From positions 30-64,029 of the forward strand of contig JAGAPC010000004.1 of the NCBI GenBank assembly GCA_017623475.1: a stretch of DNA of 64,000 bases, in the 5' to 3' direction. Under the pieces are notes generated by a model. The model was not told where the DNA came from. It did not search any database and was given only the letters and a program-made list of their open reading frames with translations. Position numbers and translations under genes: made by a program. This document shows, one piece after another, positions 54,201 through 61,690 of the stretch. Origin of the DNA: Clostridia bacterium (GTDB lineage Bacteria > Bacillota > Clostridia > Oscillospirales > UBA644). Position 1 is the first letter of the stretch. Each line of letters opens with the position of its first letter.

Positions 54201-57200
54201 TCCCGAAAATGATCGCGGCAAACGTCAAACTGAAAGGATTCCGAAGCGGTAACGGAAAACCACAACCCCGAATCCGTCCGGGAAAAGGATACCGTTCGGT
54301 GCGAGGGATTATATTCCGCCGACAAAAATAGATCTTTATATTCCGGGTGCGCCTCGTATTCACGACGGTTGCAAAGCACCGGTTCCGCAAAGAGATAAAA
54401 TTCGAAGGTGCTTTCCGTCATTTGGTTGTTTTTTACCGTCAATTCCCGCACGGACACGGGCGAATCCGGAGCCATCGATACAGTCATTCTGGTATCGAAA
54501 TCAGAAAAAGATCCGTAACAGGAAACGCCGGTTCCGTCAAAATACATTCGGTAATTTTTTTCCTGATATAAAGGAGCGTAGGTCGTACCGTAAAGCGTCC
54601 CCTTGTTTTTTACGAAAAGAAAAATTCCCGTGGGTGATTGAGGATCGGACGAAAATTTCGTAATATCACAATCCTTCACCCGCAAGACCCCCGAACCGCT
54701 GTCCGTAATAATCTCCGTCAGCTTTCCGTTCGACAGTACTTGAACCTTTGGATGCTCCGGATCGGGACGGTCGATGCAGACCTCCTCGGAATGCCAACGC
54801 TCCCGATCCTGATTTTGATTTGAGAAAAAATTTTTGGAGTACGCCGGAATTCCTTCGGTCAACAGGCTTACGTAGGCCTCTGCCTCTTCGGACATGAACC
54901 GCTTTTGCATCACACGATCCTTCAAAATGTTAACGCCGGATAAAAAACTCATCCCTACGTGGTGCGCCATATAACTTTGCACCACTCTTGGATTATCCAC
55001 GCCGGAACGGTAATCAACGGCTTCGTAATATCCGTACTTTCCCTTTGGAAGCATCCTTTTATTTTTTTCCGCAAGAGAGGGAAACCAGGGGTAAACCAAA
55101 AACGTAGAATAAGGAGAAATTACTTGCGGAAAGGATAAATCACGGCGCAATGCGGCGGACGGAATTCCAAATGCACGGTACTGATAATTCAGCATAGAGT
55201 CAAAATGATAATAACAGCTTTCCGATATTCCCCAGGGAATTCGTTTATCAACGTATCGCACCTGAGCCGCAACGATCCCCCGCAACGCCTCGCCGCTTAA
55301 GGTTCTTCGGTATGCCGGGAGAAACAGATGAGGCATAAAATACTCAAACATCGTGCCCGACCACGAGGTAAGGATCAAGCTTCCGTGATCGTTTCGCGTG
55401 TGACGTGCCAGCTGAACCCAATGATCGATTGGTATTTGATGTTTCATAATTGCGTAAAAAGAGGTCAATCGGGCTTCACTTGCATACAGATCGTAGTAAG
55501 AAGAGGAATATTGATCCTCTTCAACGTTATATCCAATGGGAAACAATTTTTTCTTTTCATCGTATAACGCAACAAAATTCCCGGCGTCAAGCAGGGCTGA
55601 AATTCTTTTTTCGATTTCTGCAGAACGGGCGGTTTGTAATTTTGAAAGCCCATTCTTTAAGGTGTATAGGGATGCCGCAAAATTTCCGCAATCGACGGTC
55701 GAAATAAATTTCGGAGATAATATTTTTAAGGACTCCGTGTCGTACCAATTATATAGATGTCCCTTCCATTTCGGTAGCAATTCAATCGTTTCCAAGGAAT
55801 TTTCCAAACGATAATATAATTCATCTTCGGAAATATATCCTAAATCATACGCACCTAAAACCGAAAGCAGGGCAAGCCCGATATTCGTGGGAGAGGTGCG
55901 CGGAGCCGCTACGTTCAACGGTTCCTTCTGATAATTATCCGGCGGAAGCCAATGATTTTTTTCATTCATCAGCTCTGCGTAATATTGCCACATTTGCTTT
56001 AATTCTTCCCGCAGCTCGTCGGTGTTGACCCGTTCCTTCGGATAAGGGAGAGAAATCTGCCGAGCAATTACCGGTCCGATGAGCCACAGAGCGCCGATTA
56101 ATACGGTTTTCGGGAAAAACAGAAACAAAAATCCCGATAACTGCCAGCGCAACTGATAAAAATAGTCGCTGATTTCCACACCTGAATTAGAAGAATTAGC
56201 CGCCGTCGTCCATTCTAATTTATTTTTTCCCCGTATTTGCCGAAGCGTTCCCCGAATTGCGGCGTCAAGTCCGCTAAACGCTCTGTTCGGCAACAAAAAA
56301 ATATTGAGGATCGTTTCTTTAAAGGCGTCAAAAAATTCTCGGAAGGGATAATGGCGGCGAACCCGTCCGCACAGGGCGGAATACAAGTGAGGAAGCCGAA
56401 GAAATAGAGGAAACGCGATCCAAAAAAGTCCGGAAAACAAGCCCGAAACTCCAAAAAACACCGTGGAAGCAATCAATAAAAAGCAAGATACGGGAAGCAA
56501 TGCCCGGAGTAAATTATGAAATACCTTAAAGCGAAATAACTTTGATTTATGCTGCTTTGAAAATAAAAAAGTACCGTTTTGAAAATCCCCCCGAATCCAC
56601 CGATGGGTTCGTTTTTCGTCCGATAGAACGGTTTCCGGAATTTCATCGAAAAATACGACGTCCGTTAAATTTGCGCAGCGCAAAAATTCCCCCTCCGGCA
56701 GATCATGACTCAAAAGCGGATCGCCCTGAAATCGGTCGGAAATCAATTTTTGATACAAAGAAATTCGTAAGATTCCTTTTCCGCAAAAGATTCCTTCGGA
56801 AAACAGATCCTGATATAAATTGAAATGGGGATTTTTATAAAATTCCGTTCCGACGTTTCCTGCCATGATTGAGGAAAATGGGGTGCGAAAGGACGTTTCG
56901 GGATTTGCTTCCACGCGGGGAGCTGCCGCACCGTACCCCCGAACGACGCGAAAACAACCGTTGGATTCTTCTGCAATCTCCGGAGCATGATTTGGATGCT
57001 CCATAAAGCCGATGAGACTCTCCACGGCACCGGGGGTCGGCTCCGTATCTTCATCCAGAAGTATCAGATATTCCGCGTCGGACACGGTTCCGACGGACAG
57101 GCAAAAGGACTTGGAATTCCCCCGGATCATCTCACAAAAATCCATCAGTGCCCCCTGCTTGCGGCCGAACGCCTCATAACGGAAATTTCCTGCTTCCCAT

Positions 57201-58336
57201 TTCCGTCCTCGAACGGCGCAGAAAAATCGGTCGCCTTTATGGTTTCGGCGATGAATTTCCGATTGCAAGAAAGAAAGCAGTTCGTTTTCTTCCTCCGACA
57301 GCAATTCCTTGGACGCGGGAAAATCCAACAGCAATCCGATCCGAATGGACGATAAGGGAATTCTATGTGCAAGGACGTCCAAGCGATGCAAAAGCTTTTC
57401 CCCTTCCGTTCGATTGGAAATCATGGATACGATCGTTACTAAAGAACCGGGGCAATTTTCCCGGTTGATTTTAATTTTAGGCAACAACTCCGGCTTAACG
57501 ATTCTTGAAAACAACGTATCACAAAACAGTTTTGCGGAAATGATAATCGGAATGAACGAAAGAAAGATCAGAACCGCATGATCTGTGATAACGGAATATA
57601 ACGTAAAAAATAAAATGCACAAAAGAGTTAAAACGGGAAAATAAAACTTATTCCCCTTCGTTGAAAGCAAATAACGACCAACGTGTTTCTCTCTGTTTTC
57701 GTTAGCTTTTCTTGCCTTCTTTAAGAGTGTTACCGCAGTTTCTCGCTCGGACTCTCCTCGCTTTTTTGCAAGTTTTCGCAGCTTCATGCGATATAAATTC
57801 TTTGATGGTTCGTCTAAAATGGGATATATTTCATCCCGATTCAAAACGTCCTCGGCTTTGGAAAGGGTTTCCGCCAGGCGGGAGCAATCGTAAGAATTTA
57901 AAACATACAACGAATTCAGAAGTTCCGATACCGAATGACGGCCTTTTCTTATTTCATTTTCCAAAAAAGAAAGACAGGAAAATTCCAACATCGGGATAAG
58001 ACAGCATATTTCCGCGTAAGACAAATTTTTGCGTTGTGCCGTCTTTTCAAGAAAAGCAGTAACGGATTCCTCGGTCAATGAATAACTTGAAATTTCACAA
58101 AAACTCTGCGTTTCTTCCAGAATGACAGGAGAACCGATTTCGGAAAGCGGACATTCCGAAAATTCCTTTTTAACATTCAAAATATTGAGGCAACAGCTAC
58201 GAATTAAATGACCGTTTTGAACGACGTCTTTTTTCACAGATAAATTGACGTCGTGCTTCTCATTTTTTGTTGCAAGAATCGAACGATATAATCTACGTAC
58301 GTCTTTCGTCAGTTTATTTCCGTTATATTTTCTCAT
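51281..58336 (-). CDS. Cyclic beta-1,2-glucan synthase-like giant protein (GT84-like + (alpha/alpha)6 glucoamylase-like + GH94-like), 2351 aa
   Basis: GT block at about aa 295-600 (LILLDEDTEP, RTHRWIRGD), with TM clusters at about 230-275 and 605-760. A glucoamylase-like block at about 775-1150 carries RTSPTNIGL and YNWYD. The C-terminal GH94-like region carries GAGDWNDGMN and GGQYTHAGIW. The SD is GGAGGA. Confidence 0.82.
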   Translation of the reverse strand: MRKYNGNKLTKDVRRLYRSILATKNEKHDVNLSVKKDVVQNGHLIRSCCLNILNVKKEFSECPLSEIGSPVILEETQSFCEISSYSLTEESVTAFLEKTAQRKNLSYAEICCLIPMLEFSCLSFLENEIRKGRHSVSELLNSLYVLNSYDCSRLAETLSKAEDVLNRDEIYPILDEPSKNLYRMKLRKLAKKRGESERETAVTLLKKARKANENREKHVGRYLLSTKGNKFYFPVLTLLCILFFTLYSVITDHAVLIFLSFIPIIISAKLFCDTLFSRIVKPELLPKIKINRENCPGSLVTIVSMISNRTEGEKLLHRLDVLAHRIPLSSIRIGLLLDFPASKELLSEEENELLSFLQSEIHRRNHKGDRFFCAVRGRKWEAGNFRYEAFGRKQGALMDFCEMIRGNSKSFCLSVGTVSDAEYLILLDEDTEPTPGAVESLIGFMEHPNHAPEIAEESNGCFRVVRGYGAAAPRVEANPETSFRTPFSSIMAGNVGTEFYKNPHFNLYQDLFSEGIFCGKGILRISLYQKLISDRFQGDPLLSHDLPEGEFLRCANLTDVVFFDEIPETVLSDEKRTHRWIRGDFQNGTFLFSKQHKSKLFRFKVFHNLLRALLPVSCFLLIASTVFFGVSGLFSGLFWIAFPLFLRLPHLYSALCGRVRRHYPFREFFDAFKETILNIFLLPNRAFSGLDAAIRGTLRQIRGKNKLEWTTAANSSNSGVEISDYFYQLRWQLSGFLFLFFPKTVLIGALWLIGPVIARQISLPYPKERVNTDELREELKQMWQYYAELMNEKNHWLPPDNYQKEPLNVAAPRTSPTNIGLALLSVLGAYDLGYISEDELYYRLENSLETIELLPKWKGHLYNWYDTESLKILSPKFISTVDCGNFAASLYTLKNGLSKLQTARSAEIEKRISALLDAGNFVALYDEKKKLFPIGYNVEEDQYSSSYYDLYASEARLTSFYAIMKHQIPIDHWVQLARHTRNDHGSLILTSWSGTMFEYFMPHLFLPAYRRTLSGEALRGIVAAQVRYVDKRIPWGISESCYYHFDSMLNYQYRAFGIPSAALRRDLSFPQVISPYSTFLVYPWFPSLAEKNKRMLPKGKYGYYEAVDYRSGVDNPRVVQSYMAHHVGMSFLSGVNILKDRVMQKRFMSEEAEAYVSLLTEGIPAYSKNFFSNQNQDRERWHSEEVCIDRPDPEHPKVQVLSNGKLTEIITDSGSGVLRVKDCDITKFSSDPQSPTGIFLFVKNKGTLYGTTYAPLYQEKNYRMYFDGTGVSCYGSFSDFDTRMTVSMAPDSPVSVRELTVKNNQMTESTFEFYLFAEPVLCNRREYEAHPEYKDLFLSAEYNPSHRTVSFSRTDSGLWFSVTASESFQFDVCRDHFRDFPDLGGCRMEGCVSYPIFPALILRGVLNVRGRGTGTVRFYFSAGKTKQESIDRIRDVVSQNFDTLRRRYEQAFDALCHSTDIRAADRMIFERVASRITVPTVKNAAEEKATNTLPLQTLWKYGISGDHPILSVRIGKESVSRAFPFIKAVFLMTYAGIPVDLILLYREEDGYQTPIKTALDALCSEIEDSVRVRIFPLNVRTVDEYLLIQKCSRLFINLERGWKLRNPSRTFRPIQSEGIPTAPEKIHLKLGRGGFGKNRSYLIPKSEKEFLRPWCLVLANNRFGTVLTERSLGYTFGPNASENRITPRTAGFGYALSRERFYAVIRGKKYDLLKNSAVEFQTDRVIYRIELLGHKISTEVFVPKNYPAKIITVSLETDLPTMPEILYEPYVILGKEEKGTVTRFTEDQKIYFNNAANDSHGKAHAVLFGVGVSAEGNLLRFRPEKERKSAVFILGYGFGVKSAGKMAELLSEPQRLQKELKKPGIGATQYLKVETPDKEFNAFCNGFLTQQILSSRIFGRTGSCQPGGAYGFRDQLQDALCLAVFQSSYLKRQILRCCAHQFEEGDVLHWWHPRRGHNDDGIRTRFSDDPFWLAYACAEYFKITEDLEFFRKKVPYLKASPLNDSEQDRYFTPEKSELRHSIYKHAINAIRYGMKLGQHGLILMGAGDWNDGMNRVERGGETVWGTMFALSCIEKILPLFESLGTNEEVCELNSYAESLRSALEKHSFAKDKYLRGFRNSGDPFGGDETIDLIPQAFSVFARLDKKNSDLALDSAYRRLWDPNLKLIKLLSPPYRPQKDGFPGSIADYPPGVRENGGQYTHAGIWFARALIQSGSVERGWEILSGINPAARCKTPADVRTYGAEPYVLAADVYTLPGREGFGGWTHYTGAAGWYLKTVTEDLLGLHRIGNRVFIRPNLPKDWNGYYGEFRVESDLLKIRVERGTEVGIFENGVKTDCVVLSGISHEISVII

Positions 58337-58429
58337 CGCTTCCTCCGTACAAACAAAAATTCGTTTTAACAGTTTTTCCGAAGGAATGGAAATTATTCGG
58401 ATTTTGTTGGTGCGCGTTGAATTTTGTAC

Positions 58430-58458
58430 TTGACATAGATGTTAATTTATAGTATAAT
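58430..58458 (+). promoter_or_regulatory. Sigma-A consensus promoter (TTGACA-N17-TATAAT)
   Basis: TTGACA at 58430-58435 and TATAAT at 58453-58458, upstream of the fused E1 gene. Confidence 0.75.
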
Positions 58459-58493
58459 AATTTAGAACAATAACTGCAAAGGAGCGCCGCGAT

Positions 58494-60932
58494 ATGCCGA
58501 AAAGCATTTTCGTCGATCCGAAAGAGGTACGAAAAAAAGGTACTCTTCACATTGACGATATCCCCATGAATCAATATTCCGAAACACTCCAAGAATCCAG
58601 AGGTCGGTTTACCGACGAAGAGATGCTTGGGATCTTTCGTGATATGTATTTGATTCGGGTGTTCGAATCGTTGTTGTTCGACGTCAAAAAATACGGGAAA
58701 TACAAAGATATTTCTTTCCAATACGACGGACCGCTTCATCTTTCTCTCGGTCAGGAGGCCGCCGCCGTCGGACAGGCGTTTCTACTTTCGGCAGACGACT
58801 TGGTTTTCGGGTCTCACAGAAGCCACGGGGAGGTTCTTGCAAAAGGATTTTCTGCCATCCGCAAGCTTTCAGAGGAAGACCTGAATCAAGTGATGGAAGA
58901 ATATGATGACGGAAAAATCAAAAACATCGTTTTTCTTGATTCTTCCGATACGAAAACTCTTGCGGAAGATTTTTTGATATACGGAGCGCTTGCCGAAATT
59001 CTTGCCTGCCCCACCGGATTCCAACAAGGTCTTTCCGGTTCGATGCACGCGTTTTTTCCGCCCTTCGGAATGTACCCCAACAACGCCATCGTCGGGGCTT
59101 CTGCGCCGATTGCGGTGGGGGCGGCTCTTTACAAGAAAACCAACCAAAAGCCAGGCATCGTTCTTTCCAACGTCGGAGACGGCGCCTTGGGACGCGGACC
59201 CGTATGGGAAGCGATGAATTTTGCCGCGATGGATCAGTTCAATACCCTGTGGGAGGATTCCTATCAGGGTGGGCTTCCGATCATTTTCAATTTCTTCAAT
59301 AATTTTTACGGCATGGGCGGTCAAACCGTCGGGGAAACCATGGCGTATCAACATCTGGCGCGGATCGGCGCCGGCATTTCCCCCACGTCTCTTCATGCAG
59401 AACGCGTTGACGGAAGCAATCCCCTCGCCGTCATCGATGCGATGAAACGTAAAATCGAGCTTTTAAAAGCCGGAAAAGGCCCTGCCCTTTTGGACGTAGT
59501 TACCTACCGTATTTTCCCCCATTCCGCGTCGGATCACGAATCCTATCGGACGAAGGAAGAGGTGTTGACCTGGATCGAACAAGATCCGATTACCGCATAT
59601 CACCGTCAGCTCGTGGAAGCAGGCGTTGCAACGGAAGAAAAGATCCGCCAAATCATTGAATCCGTCGATGAAAAAATCGATCGCATTTTTGCCCTGTGCG
59701 CCGATCCTGCGATCACGCCGCGGCAAACTGCGGATTCCGATCAAAAAATCGAAGAGTATATTTATTCCAACGGTAATGTTTCCGCGTTCGGCGATTCTGT
59801 CTGTGACGTTTTGATGGAAAAAGCACAAAATCCCCGGATTCAGTTGATTGCAAAGAAGCAACGCAAGCAAACGGAAAACGAAAGCGGAATCACGATAAGA
59901 GACGCCATTTTTGAGACCATTTTAGACAAGTTTTATGAGGATTCCTCCCTGATTGCTTACGGCGAAGAGGTGCGGGATTGGGGCGGTCCTTACGGGGTTT
60001 ACGAGGGGTTGACGGAAGCTCTTCCCTATCATCGATTCTTCAATTCTCCCATTTCGGAATCCGCCATCGTTGCAACCGCCGTCGGCTACGCGATGGCAGG
60101 CGGAAGAGCCGTTGTGGAGCTTCCCTTCTGCGATTTTCTCGGTTGCGCTGGGGATGAAATTTTCAATCAGCTTTCCAAATGGCAGTTTATGAGCGCGGGG
60201 CACTTAAAGATGCCGGTGGTTCTTCGAATCGCAATCGGATCCCTGTACGGAACGCAGCACGCACAGGATTTCACGGCGATGGCGGCCCACGTACCCGGAT
60301 TGAAGGTTATTTTCCCCGCAACGCCTTACGACGCCAAGGGATTGTTAACGACCGCCTTAAACGGCACCGATCCGGTCATTATGTTTGAATCACAAAATCT
60401 CTATGGCATCGGAGAACAATTCCATTCCGACGGTGTTCCTAAAGATTCTTACGAATTACCCATCGGAGTTCCCGATATCAAGCGGGAAGGAAAGGATCTT
60501 ACGATTTTGACCGTAGGCGCTTCACTCTATACTGCCGTGGAAGCCGCGGACAAATTGGAGGAATACGGGATTTCTGCCGAAATTATTGATGCACGGTCTC
60601 TCGTTCCCTTCGATTACGAGCCTCTGATTCAATCCGTCCGAAAAACCGGCAGATTGCTCTTGATCGGAAACGAGGTCGAGCGCGGGGCGTTTTTAAAGGA
60701 TATTGCTCAAAACGTGACGGAATTTGCATTTGATTATCTCCATTGTGCCCCCGTCGTTACCGCTTGCCGCAATTGGATTGCGCCCACCACCGACATCAGC
60801 AAAAATTTCTTCCCCAGCGCAGACGGCGTTTTGGACGTAATTCACGAAAAGCTCTTACCGATTCCTTGCTATACCCCCACCACGAAAACGGCACGGGAAG
60901 AAAAATTACGCAGACTAAAAAACGGCATTTAA
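58494..60932 (+). CDS. Fused 2-oxoacid dehydrogenase E1 alpha+beta (TPP-dependent), 812 aa
   Basis: The N-terminal half is E1-alpha-like, with the TPP motif GDGALGRGPVWEAMNFA. The C-terminal half is E1-beta/transketolase-like (SPISESAIV.TAVG, PVV.R). Confidence 0.82.
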   Translation: MPKSIFVDPKEVRKKGTLHIDDIPMNQYSETLQESRGRFTDEEMLGIFRDMYLIRVFESLLFDVKKYGKYKDISFQYDGPLHLSLGQEAAAVGQAFLLSADDLVFGSHRSHGEVLAKGFSAIRKLSEEDLNQVMEEYDDGKIKNIVFLDSSDTKTLAEDFLIYGALAEILACPTGFQQGLSGSMHAFFPPFGMYPNNAIVGASAPIAVGAALYKKTNQKPGIVLSNVGDGALGRGPVWEAMNFAAMDQFNTLWEDSYQGGLPIIFNFFNNFYGMGGQTVGETMAYQHLARIGAGISPTSLHAERVDGSNPLAVIDAMKRKIELLKAGKGPALLDVVTYRIFPHSASDHESYRTKEEVLTWIEQDPITAYHRQLVEAGVATEEKIRQIIESVDEKIDRIFALCADPAITPRQTADSDQKIEEYIYSNGNVSAFGDSVCDVLMEKAQNPRIQLIAKKQRKQTENESGITIRDAIFETILDKFYEDSSLIAYGEEVRDWGGPYGVYEGLTEALPYHRFFNSPISESAIVATAVGYAMAGGRAVVELPFCDFLGCAGDEIFNQLSKWQFMSAGHLKMPVVLRIAIGSLYGTQHAQDFTAMAAHVPGLKVIFPATPYDAKGLLTTALNGTDPVIMFESQNLYGIGEQFHSDGVPKDSYELPIGVPDIKREGKDLTILTVGASLYTAVEAADKLEEYGISAEIIDARSLVPFDYEPLIQSVRKTGRLLLIGNEVERGAFLKDIAQNVTEFAFDYLHCAPVVTACRNWIAPTTDISKNFFPSADGVLDVIHEKLLPIPCYTPTTKTAREEKLRRLKNGI

Positions 60933-60956
60933 ACGTTAAAATTTATCATTCTGACA

Positions 60957-61005
60957 ACCTCCCGAAACATATACTTGTTTTAAGTATATCGTCGGGAGGT
61001 TTTTT
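60957..61005 (+). terminator. Long two-tier hairpin terminator after the E1 gene; its 3' arm carries the sigK SD
   Basis: The lower stem is ACCTCCCGA / TCGGGAGGT (60957-60965 and 60992-61000). The upper stem is ATATACTT / AAGTATAT. The hairpin is followed by TTTTT and then the sigK ATG. Confidence 0.75.
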
Positions 61006-61686
61006 ATGCTTCATTTACCCTTTCAACTGTTCTGTCTGATTTTACACATTCGAAATACCGGGTCGTTTCAACAGCCTTTGACTAAAGAGAAGGAAGCGGA
61101 ATATCTGAAAAAAATGAAAAACGGTGATTTGCAGGCGCGGGAGATTTTGATTGAACGGAATATGCGTCTGGTGGCGCACATCGTGAAAAAATATTATGCT
61201 TCCGCAGACGAACAGGACGATCTGATTTCCATCGGTACGGTGGGGCTGATTAAGGGAATCGACAGCTTTCGCGATGAAAAGAAAATACGCCTGGCAACCT
61301 ACGTCTCCCGATGCATCGAAAATGAAATTTTAATGCATTTCCGAAGTTTAAAGAAGTCTGCCAATGAAGTTTCTATCCATGAGGAGCTTGATACGGATAA
61401 GGATGGAAATTCCCTCTCGTACATGGACGTGGTTGCGGAAGAAGATACGATTTTGGATGACGTATATCGTAATATCCGCGCGACGAATCTGATGACAGCC
61501 ATCGAAACGGTTCTGGATCCCAGGGAAAAAACGGTCGTTCGCCTGCGTTACGGTCTTAGCGAACCTCCGAAAACGCAAAAGGAAACGGCGGTGGTTCTGG
61601 GAATTTCCCGATCCTACGTTTCCCGCATAGAAAAAAGCGCCCTTCTGAAGCTGAAGGACGCTCTGGGAGAATATGAAAATCATTAA
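61006..61686 (+). CDS. sigK: Sporulation sigma factor, pro-sigma-K type, uninterrupted
   Basis: The blocks FQQPL, NMRLVAHIVKKY, DLISIGTVGLIKGIDSF, KLATYVSRCIENEILMHFR are closest to B. subtilis SigK as I recall it. A hydrophobic N-terminal pro-sequence is present. Confidence 0.78.
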   Translation: MLHLPFQLFCLILHIRNTGSFQQPLTKEKEAEYLKKMKNGDLQAREILIERNMRLVAHIVKKYYASADEQDDLISIGTVGLIKGIDSFRDEKKIRLATYVSRCIENEILMHFRSLKKSANEVSIHEELDTDKDGNSLSYMDVVAEEDTILDDVYRNIRATNLMTAIETVLDPREKTVVRLRYGLSEPPKTQKETAVVLGISRSYVSRIEKSALLKLKDALGEYENH

Positions 61687-61690
61687 ACGT

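Noticed and set aside
61006-61686. sigK interrupted by a skin-like element, as in B. subtilis and some Clostridia
   Set aside because: The ORF is continuous (226 aa) through regions 2-4, and no recombinase or insertion lies within it.
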